This document shows, piece after piece, positions 29,137-41,700 of a DNA stretch of 64,000 nucleotides (positions within the stretch are counted from its first letter, which is position 1; every line of letters starts with the position of its first letter). Made by a program: the position numbers and the translations under genes. The stretch covers positions 3,134,880-3,198,879 of the forward strand of contig CM074810.1 of assembly GCA_037447605.1 (NCBI GenBank), given 5' to 3'. The DNA comes from Zygnema circumcarinatum SAG 698-1b. Its lineage: Eukaryota > Plantae > Zygnematophyceae. The notes below the pieces were generated by a model. It was not told the origin of the DNA and searched no databases. It worked only from the letters and a program-made list of their open reading frames with translations.

Positions 29137-29861
29137 ATGTAACGACTGAAATCTACCCTCTTCAGCCTGCGCGGAATTACACACCAGCACTCAGAGTTCA
29201 GAGAGAGAGAGAGCTTCAGAGTGGGGAGCAGCCCGGGACGGGCGTGCAACCGTATGCCGGTACGTTGGTTGGGTGACGACAGTCACCGCCTTTACGCTTC
29301 CCCGGCCGAATCCTCCTACCAAAGATGGAGGATCGGGCAGGCTGTCCAATGGCGCATCGCCACGCGGTTCCTCTCTCGACTCGAATCGTCGAGGTGTATT
29401 AACGTGACGTAATGCTCGCCAGATTCTGGCGGTACAAGGCCAGCGACAAAGCGCCAGACGTTGCAGGCACGGGTTCAGCTTTACGCCAAGGCGCGCTGGG
29501 TCGACGATAGCCCGTCCGTACTAACGGTAAATCATATTGCACGGACAATCCGAAGTTCAAAGGGGGATCTCGCCGCGCCCGAGATCCAATCGCGGTAATC
29601 GACAACTCGGTAAGCCGTTAGTCCGTGGATCCTCTACGCCGGAAAGAGGGGACCTGGCCGCCGACGCTGGGCCCATAGAGATTATGTGTGGCGGCTCCCC
29701 ACCCAAAGTAAATCCGGGCTTCTTATGAGTTCGGAACTTGTGACCCTCCGCTGCCCTATAGGTATCCGGCTCTAACCGCTAGGGTACCTATTGATGGAAA
29801 CATAAAGCCACGCCTTCGGCTCTAAGTAACCCTTCCCTGTGATTGTAGCGCTTTCGCTACA

Positions 29862-32600
29862 ATTCATGCGCTCAATCGCGATAGCCATCCGGCTCTGGGA
29901 GGCGGTCGGCGATCGTTGCTCGAGGATAAACGGGCCTGCAGGACGCATGGGAGTGGATTCACGCGTATGTCTTCACAATCGGGCGCTTGTCGGGCCTGGC
30001 CGCCGTCATTGCCGGCGCCTCTCCTCGCTGAGATCGCCGGCCTCTCCTCGCATGGAACCCAAGGGATGGCCTCGTGGAAGGTGCGGGAGGACTCAGTTCT
30101 CCCATTGTGGGTAACTCTGGGTGGAGCAAGGCTGCAGGAGCTGGCGCCGCTTGACATTGGCGTGGGAGTGAACGGCAGGATGCGAACAGGATCACCCCGG
30201 TTTACGTGCGTACCGCGCGAATGCCGCAATCCTCGGGCGATACGGGCTTGAGCACCCTCTTCAGAATCGATGGGGGATTCAGACCAAGCCGGTTGCAATG
30301 CTGCGGCAATCTGCGCAGTGCGTGCGCGGGCAGCCAGATCAGACTCGGCCCTTAATGCGTTTGTCAAGGAAGGGGACTCCATAGGGTGCAGATGGATCGG
30401 CGGACGTTGCAGGATGGTATAAGAGGGTGAAGGAGGTGGAGGTGGGCGAAAGGGAGCATGAGTTCTCAATGGTGTGCGGGTAGCCGAGCATGTCCACAGT
30501 TGATCTCAAGTAGAGAGCCTCCCGCGGCCGCGATCCTTCCTCTTCGGCTTTCACCGAGAGTCTCCGATGCATACACCCGCATCATGTCCCGTGATTTAAG
30601 CGTAGCAGGTCCGTATGGTCCACGCCGCTCGGTTATTTATCTTCGCCGCCACAGTAAAGCATAAACGCTCTTCGAACTCCTTTTGCCTTCCGCTATCATC
30701 CGACGGGCGAATCGTACTCGCGCAGCCTCTCTTCTCGTAAAGCGACGGAATATGACCTCGACAACTCGACGAGCAACGCCGGGTATGTGGAGGATTCACC
30801 GGGGTTCACCGGGACGCTGATCGTGAGTGGTACGAGAAGCGGGGGGAAGGGCTTCGCAAGGTTTGCTATAGCTGTGAGGTCGCGACCAGGCTGCCCGAAC
30901 GCCCCGGTGAGCGGGATGCCGGAAAGATGTCTGGCCGAAGTCGTAGCTGCAAGGATCATACAGTCAGCCGATTCTCGTCTCTCGTGAATTGTCGATACAA
31001 ATGCATCCTCGACGCTGATCGCGAAGATTCACGTGAGCGCGGTCGCATATGCTCTGGCTGCCTCTCTCTGATCTTTCAATTCGCCGCCTTTCTAACAAAG
31101 CTTCTGGGGCATCATTGGTGGGTCATGCCGCTGCCAGCCTCACCATCAAGGTGGAGATCTTCACACGGCCCCTGCGGAACCATTGAGAACCGGAAAGTCG
31201 TAAGTTCTCGACAGGTTTGCCATGCGCATAAAACGCTCTCGCTGAATTCAAATGTACCATCAGAAAGCACTCCCCACGTGAGCGGCCGGGTCTAGCAATC
31301 GATCGATCCGAAATCCGGGCCAAGGTTCCGAAAGCCCGCTTGAATGTGTCCCTAGTCGTGGTGCCGACGACACCACCAGGCTTCGGGACAAATTAATTGA
31401 TCGTAGTTTTCCTTCCAAATACCCTGGGCGGCCTTGATCCACTCGTCCTCCTCAGTTCCCGCTGGCGCCGCTTTCCTCAAGATGTCCCGCCCAAAGCTTC
31501 TCGTGATCTTCCCCGCTCGGTGAATCCTTCCGTGATGATACCGCGGGTATCTCTCACCTCATTCTTCTCAAGGATCATGGCTATCAGTTTTGTCATCATC
31601 TCTTCCATCTTGCTGGGGACCTCAGATTTGAAACGTGTGCTTCTCTGCAGGTTGGTGCGAAAGCTGGAGGGACCTTGCGATCGTCCTGCCCTTGCCCCTG
31701 AAGCCGCTCGCCTGGGGCTGCCGGATGGGTGAGTTGGGAACGCTAGGGGTGAGTAGTGCCTCTCGAAAGGAATCCTCGCTCGGCCAGGTAGATCAAGGCC
31801 GCCGGGGCTGCGGCCGGGAAGGGACCCCGGGTGCAAGAGCTATCTCTGGACCGAGGTCCCGTGGGTTTTGTCTCTGGTGGGCTGCAGAGGGGATCTCAGG
31901 TTCGAAAGGAACTCCTCTCTTTACAGCATCTGCGGCCGTGACAGCAACTGGGCAGGCTGACAACTTGATTTTCCTGCGTGCATAACGCCAGCGAAATCTA
32001 TGGCCATCACTGCCTAGATGGAGATGCTGCAGTTCTTCAATTGACTCGATCTGCTCAAGGTAGGCCAAACTAGGGTAAGGGTTATCTTCCTCGCGGATTT
32101 CCATCTTCTTCGCCTTTCTCTGACCGCTTCTTCCTAAGTCCTAATCCGGCCCTTGGATTTCCTATCGCCCGCTTCTTCGTCCCAAGTCTTCATCTCAAAA
32201 TTCATGAAGATCCGCTGTCTTCCCCTCAAGGTGCTCTTCATCCACGTTGCCGCGACATCGGGTCATGTGAGACCGCGCTCACGACAAGGTATCGTGGATC
32301 GCCAAACCTTGAGCTCATACCGTAAGATAAGTGGGTTAAGAGAGATCACGATCTAGCCTAAGTGCCGTATGGCAACCAGCGATCTCGCCCCTAAACTACG
32401 AAGGGTTGGATTGGGGCCGCTGGTCATTCGGCAAAGATAGAGCCAGAACCGGGGATTCAGGAGGTACGCCATAATTTTAAGACGTGAGGGATCCCGAAGA
32501 TGTTCCCGCTTCGGCAAAATTAACTTGATGCGAAGGCCCTCCCCGGGGTTCTTCTTCTCGTTTCTTCACCATTCTCTTGCTAGGCTCCTAGTTATCATCG
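29862..32600 (-). mobile_element. Degraded or noisy 5' (gag/leader) part of the second Ty3 element, tentative
   Basis: Lies on the other side of the nested chromovirus and has only fragmentary ORFs. A possible LTR at ~32600-33101 is bounded by GTCATT/AATGAC inverted ends. Confidence 0.35.
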
Positions 32601-33411
32601 GTCATTGGGAGGAATGGAAGGCAGGATACAGCAAGTTTGGAGCTTGGCATAGAGGCAGCAAAGGGAAGATAGGAATCAGCTTAGAAAAAGGGTGTGTTTT
32701 GGAAACTCACCCAAGCCAGCGATTGGCTGGGGATTCTCATTACAATATAAGTGTCTTCTCACTGAAATGTCTGTCTGGCTGGGCTGAATGGGATGTCTAA
32801 ATGCTATCAGCAAGAAGACTCTCTCTCTCTCTCTCTCTCTGCAGTGGAACTCTTTCTCTCTCGTTACTAGCATCTGTTGCTGGAGCTTGAGAGGAAAAAA
32901 AGAAGAACAAGACAACAAACCACACAGCAAATCCAAATACTAAGCCCAGCACTAAAAGACAAACTAGCATCACTGACACCCCATCTACTTATCACTGACA
33001 GTAAATCCTGAGTCTTAGCAGTGACAGTCTCTGATTGGCCAACTGACCACTGAGTGGCCTGGCTGACTACGTGGAGCCTTCTGATAGGTCAACTAATGAC
33101 AATCGGCGGCATTTTGCGGCGCTTTCGAGTGCGCCTTGCTGGATGATGTGCTGTTCCGTGAGCCGCCAACGCATGGCACTGCCTTCTCGCATCCTCCGTT
33201 GGCAGCTCCTGGATTATGCTGATCCGTGACACTGAAGAGGCATATGTCAAGTACAACTGAACTGACGCGGATCCGTCGAGCGCAGCTCCACTGTGCTACA
33301 TAGTACAGTTTGACTAGTACGGCCAATACGGTCAGTACGATCAGTAGGCTAACACAGGGTTTACCGTACAAAAAAGTGGTTTTGGCAAAATCAGGGCGAA
33401 AATATTGGGTA

Positions 33412-34190
33412 GCGAAAACTGACAGATTTTTCCTGAAACACGCTACGTTATGTGCCCTATCTTTTTTTGTCAGTTTGAATTCCCGCCATTTCCGACTGCC
33501 GTCCGCGGACTCCACTTTTTTCGCGTCTCGTTTCGTCACGTCACGGTCCCAAACATACTTGCCACGTCATATGTTGCCGCGACCAATCATGTCGCTCCAC
33601 GTGTTGCGCCCTTATACCTTGTAGACGCGCGCGCTTCGTACATTTCAAATCACCAACCGTACATCCAACGAAAAAAGGTCTGTATCTATTCTGAAAAGTG
33701 TGAAACAGCATTTTTTGCCAAAAAAAACCTTTTTTTTTCTGCCCGGCGAAATCGTACACTACATTCAGAATCCGTACACTGTAAATAGTCGCCCCCGCGA
33801 AAATATTGGGGGGGTCTACTGTATGACATTTGTACGGACAAACGTTTGAGAGGACTTTGGCGGGATACTGTACGTGGGCCCGTGCCATGCGCTGTGACCG
33901 AGCCCGGCTGCCGATCAAATAGTGATCTGCCGTTTGCGATCTGCGAGGGAATCGACGGCTGCGATTGACCGCACGCGTGAAAAAAAATTCAGGTAGGCGG
34001 GATATTCAAATGGGGTGACGGGTTATCATTTTCCTTGTTTCGCAGAAATAAAATCTGCCGATGGAGGGTGGTATCGATTCCAAAAAGGTGTAAAAAAAGC
34101 ATTTTCCGTTTTTAATCCTTTTTGAAATCTGCCCGGCCGGGAAGGGGTGTTTGGATCCAAAAAAGGGGTGGAAATATCACTACCCCAAAT
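33412..34190. repeat. Second copy of the foldback/modular repeat family
   Basis: 33415-33790 matches 10120-10388 plus 10874-10977 without the MITE. 33850-34190 is the reverse complement of ~12365-12710. Confidence 0.88.
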
Positions 34191-35238
34191 TTAATGTACA
34201 AAACGTTTCGTTGGCGTGCGGACCGCTTCGGACCGCCGCAGATTTTTCGTCGTGTAGTGACGGGCAGCGTGAAAAACGTTACAGTCAAACGTTCCGTACC
34301 GTGCCATCTCTGGCGCAAGTGCCATCGACGGCCAGAGATTGTCGGACACGCAGCGGACGACACGTCGGGACAAAAAACGGGCAGAAAAAGACGCGGTGAA
34401 TTTGGATTTTGTCGATCTGACTAACAAGATCCGCCAAGCTAGATTGAATGTACCACAAAAATGCCACGTTTTCCAGTCTTGTCGTCAATTGTCACAAGCG
34501 TACAAGCCAGTACGGACATGTATGGAAGCATATTCCAGAATGCACATCTGTGGGCTGTATCGAAGCTTCCAACGGAAACAGAACAAATCACGGTAGTGGA
34601 GAAAAGCCACGTCAACGACTGCCACTTGTGAACAAATTGAACGTGGCACGCTGTGATTGGCTAATTTTTATTTTAAAACAGTATTCTTGAATTCATTCCC
34701 TGCCAAAGTGACCAGAAATAGAGCGGATCGCAATGAAGCCGACTAAGGCCAATCCCGATATGCCACGTGTACTTTATTTTGGCGTGGGACGTTGTTATTG
34801 GCCCAATAATAATTAGAACTAGTATCCCGCGTTGAAAGCCACTGTCGTCGTCGACCCCGCAAACCGACAAAGGCGGGGGAAGGCTCCATCAGCGGCGGGC
34901 CGTGTGTTGCTGACGTGTCTGCCATGTCAGAATCTTGCAAAATCCACAGCGAGGCTGGTCCACATCGTTGACAGCGATATGCAATAGAAAGGTGCCACGT
35001 GGCTTCCCAAGGGGTACGGCCACCAACACGCGCTTCACTTGTCCACGTGGCGATCGCTGATTGGTCGATGCGCCCGTCCACTCCCTACGGCCGGAGTCCC
35101 TGACCCGACAGACCGACATTTTTCACCGACATTTCCACCGACATTCTCGCGCGCCGCCGCCAGCGAAAAAGATGCCTCCCTTTTGGCCCGGCCCCAGCCC
35201 GCCGCCGCCGCCATGGCCATGGCCGGGCCCGCCCGCCC

Positions 35239-35244
35239 TATAAA
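35239..35244 (+). promoter_or_regulatory. TATA box of the PstS-like gene
   Basis: TATAAA in a GC-rich context ~100 bp upstream of the ATG at 35341. Confidence 0.6.
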
Positions 35245-35340
35245 GCGGGCGAACCCCGCTCTCAAGCAAAGAAAAGCAAGCCCGCCGCCATCCCGCCATC
35301 CCACCTACCTTCCATCATCCTCTCCCCGTCGCTCGCAGCC

Positions 35341-35494
35341 ATGGCCGCCGCCCTCCTCCTCGTCGCCACCGTCCTCCTCCTCTCCGTCGCCTCCTCCCAC
35401 GCCGCCATTAAAATCGGTGGTGCCTCCTCCGTCCAAGACGTAAGGCCCTCAAACCCGTCAACCCCATTCTTTTGATCTTCCTCCCCCTCTCTCA

Positions 35495-35527
<33 letters not shown>

Positions 35528-36519
35528 CCTCCATCCCCCCTCGTGATCATCGTGACTCGCCTTGTGCTGTGCAGTATGTGGCCCAAGCCATCCTCTCCGC
35601 CGGCAAGGCCCAGTCCAATTACGGCTCCTACGCCTCAGTGGGCTCCGGTGTGGGCATAGCCTGTTGAGACCCGTACAATTTCGTACACTACATCAGAACA
35701 AAAGTTCCGTACGAAGCTTCATTTCACAGGACTACCAGGTGGCCTTCTCCGACGCCGCCATGACCGCCACCCAGGACAGCTCCGCCGGCGGAACGAAACA
35801 AGTACACCATCCCCTTCACCGTGGCGACGTACTCCTGCACCAAGAAGTCCGCCGCGCTCAAGCTCACCGGCTCGCAGGTCTACAACATCTACTCCGACTC
35901 GCCCCTCGCTTGGAGCACGTACGTGCCCGGGGCCGACGGCACCGTGGTGCCCGTAGCACGCTCCGACGGTTCGGACACCACCAAAGTCGTGGGATCCTGG
36001 ATCAAGTCCAAGGTCGCTGCATGGCCGGCGGCATCCACCGCCGCGTGGAACACCCTCTCCGGGGTCTCCAGCCTCATTCAATATGGGGCCAAGTCCGACG
36101 GCGTGCTCGCCCTCATCAAGGGCAACGTCAACGCCATCGGATACGTCCAGACCGGCCTCTGCGTGACTGACGGCGTTCCCCAGGCCGCCATTCTGAACCC
36201 CGCCGGCAACTACATCTTCGCCGCCAAAGGGGCCGACCTTGCCGCCCTTCTGCCCAACCCCGTCCCCAACCTCTCCAGCAACTACTTCAGCGGCATCAAC
36301 ATCCTGAACAAGCCCGGCCCCAACACCTACTCCATCGCCTCCATCGTGTTCCAGTTCGCCCGCAAGTCGTACGGCAGCGCCGCCACTTCCAAGGTCGCCA
36401 AGACGTGGGTGGTTTTTACTATGGGCACCGCCGTGCAGAATCTCGCGACTAAGTATGGGTTCGACAAGCTGCCCGCCAAGTACAGCAAGGCGGGGGCGGC
36501 GGTGGCTATTGCGAACTAG
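35341..36519 (+). pseudogene. pstS: PstS-like periplasmic phosphate-binding protein gene with signal peptide and one intron (35440-35574), disrupted in this assembly
   Basis: Motifs IGGASS, YASVGSGVGIA-SFISQDYQVAFSD, VPVARSDGSDTT, NAIGYV, ILNKPGPNTYSIAS and GFDKLP. A 53-bp insert (35662-35714) brings an in-frame TGA, and there is a +1 frameshift at ~35796. Confidence 0.82.
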
Positions 36520-36918
36520 GAGGAGCACTGTTATTTGGGGTTCAAGGAGAGGGAGTGGGCAGGAGGTTTTTGGGGGGTGCCTTGTAGGGTGGTATCGGGA
36601 GTGGGTGGGAAGGGGTTGGAGGGCGGCTGAACCCAATTGGTTGATTAAGATTTGCGCAGATTTTGTTTGAGGGTATTTAGGGTTTATCTTGTACGGTGGG
36701 ATACTTTGACGGGCTGAAATTTCAGCTCTAAATCAATTGGTACTCTCCGCAGTTTTTTTTAAAGCTGTGTTGTTTCAAGGGCGTGTGCGTGGTCGGTGCG
36801 AATGTGATCTTCAGGAGTAGCTCGGGATGTGTCTCCTACCTTTAGTGCAGACTGGAGAGAGACAGCTATGGAAATAAGGAAGATATCAACAAGTACAGAG
36901 ACGGCGAGAGGGGAAGGA

Positions 36919-37143
<225 letters not shown>

Positions 37144-38501
37144 TGACTGTGAGAGGCACAAGGCAGCGAGAGAGGGCGGGCAGTGAGAGAGTTCTCAGTT
37201 CCGCTCTTGCGCTGGTCCCTCCTGGTGCCTGCCGGGACTTGCCTTGCCTTGGCTGGCTGCTGCTGCTACCTCCTTCAACTCACCCTGAAGAAGGGCCAAT
37301 AGCTTCAGCTTCAGCTTGCATGCAGCGCGGCTTGGCCTCTCCCCCCCCCCCCCCTTTCCCCCTTCCCTTCCTTTGCAGGGCGGGGCAGGGCTCTCCTCGT
37401 TGCGTTTTCTATCGTCTTTAGGTCCTTCCCTCAGTGACCGGTTGGTTGGCTCCTCGTGGTTCCCCATGCTGGCTTTGGCCATGCACATTTGATGGCACCG
37501 GTATCGTCAGATCAATGCCACGTCACTTTCCACTTTGTCAGGTCTATATATCTATTTACGCATGCATATATTGACGACCTTTGAAGAACCTCGCGCATAT
37601 TGGCGCATGTTCCACAACGTGTTTTTCTTACATGCATAGATTGAATCGAACAAATACTCGATTGGGTTGCGAACCATTAGGTTAAGAAACACATTCAATG
37701 TTTTTCAGGGTTCAGAGTTTTTCCCCCTTGCATGATTGAGGATATGACGTCACGACTCCCAATGTCCCATGTCGGGGGGCGCCGTGGTACAGTACTGTAT
37801 GGACTGTACGGACAACGCGTGCTTTTGGAAGATTCGCGAGTCGCGACAAAATGTCTCTCATTTGGCGGGGCTGCAAGTGGCCGGCAGCTGCAGCCGATGC
37901 CAACGGTTGGTGGTTGGAACCAATCGCCAACGGCGGGAACCAACTGTCAACTGTTGGAACCAATTGCCAACGGTTGTAGTCAACCACCAACGGTTAGAAC
38001 CCATGTTTGACGTGTGCAGTACCGTACGGTTCCTCTTCAAATGAAGCACAACGTAAAGCTATTGTTTGGCAATCTTTGGCAACCGTTGGCGTGCAATGGT
38101 TGCGACCATTGGCAATGGTTGGTTTGGCTCGACTCCAATATATTCAGTAATGCAGTGTATATACTCTCGCCATTGTATACAAACCGCAAAGAAAATAGGA
38201 GAAAAACAAAACCACGAAGTAACATTCTATGAAACCTTCACAACTTGTTCGTCTACCTAACCCGAGGCTTTTAGCTCTGCCCTAAAGTTTTTGAAAGCCA
38301 CTCCCAGCCGGGAGTCAAGTTCAAGCCCTCGCTGCAGTGAAGCTGCAAAACTAAATTATTCCTTTGCCAAGTCCAAAAATTGATTCTACAGCACAGCGAG
38401 GAGGGAGAGAGCGAGTGAGAGCGAGCGAGCCAATGCCACTCACTAGACCCACCTCTGCGCCCTCTTCGCCTTTCTGCCTCACTTTGCAAAGACTTCACAA
38501 A

Positions 38502-38563
38502 CCCTACACTGTAAACCCTACACCCTACACCCTACACCCTACACCCTACACAATGAACCCTAA
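38502..38563. repeat. Interstitial telomere-like (ACCCTAC)n / CCCTAAA variant repeat
   Basis: 7-mer copies one base from the plant telomere repeat CCCTAAA. Confidence 0.7.
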
Positions 38564-38710
38564 AGCAATGGTTCACTCGTCAGGAAAAACAATGAAATCT
38601 TGCACCGCCTTTGGAAGCTGCTCCCTAACTACGCGTCCATCTTTCAAGGGGCCCTTCTGCATGAGGGGCTTCTCACGGCCCCATTCCTGTCAAAACTGAG
38701 GGCGGCTGCT

Positions 38711-41700
38711 CTACCCGCTGAGGCGGAGGTCGAATCCGGACCTGCCGACCTTCTTCAGGTGCCCGAAATGGGCCTTCAGAGCTGCAAAAAACTGCAGAAG
38801 AATACAAACATGACAAAGAAACATAAACTCAAACAAATGAAGGGACACATATAACACAAACAAACAAAACAATCAAATAAGCAAACAAACCAACAAACAA
38901 ACATAAACTAAAGGTCAACAGACAAAACCAAACATAAACAAACGGAAAAAGAAACAAAAAAACATCATACAACAAACACATACACTGTCAGACGTTGTGA
39001 AGAGGAAGGATGAACATTGCCCGGAGACTTTGCAATTAGGTCAGTGACCCGGAACAGTCTGTTTGGTGAACCTCTCAGAAGGGGGGGCAGGAAGGAAGGC
39101 TTACTGTCGGATAGCAGTTGTAGGGGACTCCGAATTCTTTGCACGTTGCCTCTACTATTGGCTGCATACGGGGATAGTGCACATGGCAGACTCCAGGAAA
39201 CAAGTGGTGTTCTATCTGCACGCCACATGCACTGATTCCTTTGAGGAAAGTAACTTCAAGGGATATGCAAGTGCAGGAGGCACAGTCTGACTCTTCATAG
39301 AAGGCAGTTAGCTAGGTTTCGGGCATCGATTTGTATTGGACGGTATCCACCAAGTTAGGGATGGCAAGAGCTCAGGTGCACACCTGATAATTCAATCCGC
39401 CACTGAAGTGTGTCCAGAAAAACGAGTTTGGGCTGAAGTCTGTTGTTGTTGCTACCTGTGGGAGTGCAGTTGAAAACAAGCCCCTCAGAAACTTCGCTTC
39501 TCCTTATATATGCGAATTGAATACCTCCGAACTCGGGTTTTGCAGTTCACAACGTGGTCTGAGAGATGAAATCTGACTGCTTCCTAAGAACCTAACCTCT
39601 TCACAATGACTCCCAGGCGAAGCAAGACTCTGAAACTCTCCATTGATTGTAGACACAATCATATATGGAACACATGTTGAGGAAAAGGAGATAGGATAGA
39701 GCATGCCTGTGCAGCCGCCCAGCCCTTCTTGACCTTCGGAATTCCTTCACTATAGTCCGCGACTGGAAATTCAGCCTCTCCAACCACATGTGCCACTTGG
39801 AACATAAGAGCCAAGCTCCACCCAGCCACAAGCTGCTCCCTCCCCCAAGTTATTTAGCTGTCAGTAAAAGTAGCAACTACTCTCACAGCTTGACAAACAC
39901 ACTCTTTTCTATTCTTTCGTCTGCTTTCCCTACGCCTACCTCCTTTTGAACAACCGCTACTTGCTACTATCATGGCTCCCGAGTACTCAGATAACCTTAA
40001 GGCTGCTCTTGCTTTCAACCCAATGTTTTCAAACAGAAAGTTGTTTCAAACTTCAAAAGTTGGAAGCTGTCCAAAAAGGAAAGGTGCTCACCTGTGATAT
40101 GACGTAGAGACATATAAAGATGCCACTACTATGGGTGCCCCATAAAGCTGGAAACACAAACATATAGATAGCGTACACCAGCTTTCCTCCTATGAAGATT
40201 GCAGATTCCAAAGTCGTCATCCGCGCTACCTTCACTCTGCATGAATGAGAAATCCAGGTCTTTACATAGCTGAAAAAATGTGGCGAATCGCAGCAGTACA
40301 GTGCTCCAAGTCAAAGAAGAGACCATAAATAGGCACTCTAAGAAAAAACGCGCATATAAGGGACCTTGCCAGTTGGCTGTTGGGCCTATGCAAAATGATT
40401 TGAGGGAAATTAGTTGTCTGACAGAGATCAACCATCGCTGGGCAGCACTTGTAGGGAAGGGGACTCACGATCCAATATAGCCTGAGAAGTAGGCATCGAA
40501 GTCATCCAAGAATACACTCTTCAGTGCAAGAAGGCCATAAAGTGCCCCCAAATACACGTGCTGCTTCCCACCATACTCCCGATGATGTAAGATATACACA
40601 TCGTTGTTTAGGTGGAGCCTCTGCCACTTTAAGTCTTTAAAATATAAGTGCTAGTGCCAGCTGTCGGACCATAGTTAGCCTTCTATGAACAATACTAGCC
40701 AGAAACTCTATAACTCTGATGCCCGCAGTACGGAGTTAGCCATGACTGACTCACTGACTAACCTGGTAGGCATGGTACCACTGAACTGGCTGTCGAGAGG
40801 TCACGCGTCTGACATCAGGATCTTTTACCCCTGCAAGAAGGTAGAAGATCAAAATAGCCAAAGAATTAGCCTCTATCAAAGAATATATTGACAACTGCAT
40901 GTCCTCTGAGTTACAGGCCTCTTCTGGTTTAAAATGAAAATGACAGGTGAAGGATCGACAAAATGAAGCAAGTGAGAAATAGGAGCACATCTCTTTGTAG
41001 GCAAGTACTTTGAAGGAGAAACTCACTAATATCTGGATCAAACTTATCAACGTTGGTTGTCACATGGTGGCCCACCACGTGCTGCTGCCTCCACATAAAG
41101 CTGCAATGCAGAAATGAACAATGAAAAATCAGAACATAGAGTCTGGAACAAACCAACCTGCAATCTAAGGACTTAACAAAGCGCTTGAGTTCATTTTATG
41201 TGCCCGAAAGGAACAGCTTTCTCAAAGCACAATTTCAAAGCTGATAGAGAAACAATCTGGAAAGGCAATTTGCCAAGTTGAAAACAAGCAGCAGTCAAAT
41301 GGGGTTTTCAAAGAAACTCAAGGATTCGTTCAACTAGCAAAGGAGACAGCTGGCAAGGAGTGGTTTGTAAGCACACAAGAAACGAGTTATGCTGTTCTAT
41401 CCTGAAACCTCATTGTCTTCCTGCGCAGAATATGAAGGTTACGGGCTCACCTGCTAGCTCCAACAAGATCCAAGGAAGTTCCAAGGACGTAGGCCAGGCT
41501 GCAGTAATCACCATAAGCACCTGGAAAGACAAGTATACTAGTTCATTAAGGCCATGGAAGTTCATCACGACGTCACATTAAACCATAGGTACTGATTTCT
41601 TCCAACTACACATGCACCGAGTTTCTCACAGTAAAACTCTGCAAGTTCAAAGGTTCAAAGGTTGCAGGGCATAGGGGAATGTGTTTGAACAGTACTGCAA

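Larger units (their letters stand above)
23362..29861 (-). mobile_element. Near full-length Ty3/gypsy chromovirus, copy B (LTR-PBS-gag-extra domain-PR-RT-RH-IN-chromo-PPT-LTR)
   Basis: LTRs 29138-29861 and 23362-23710 (the latter gapped) have TGTAAC..GCTACA ends. Gag QTGSV..FRNGLKP at ~27750-28190, zinc knuckle ~27670-27710, PR LLDTGA ~27015, RT LRMCIDYRALN, IN H..H/CPTC zinc finger, chromodomain EYLVKWLGY..TWE. Confidence 0.93.
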
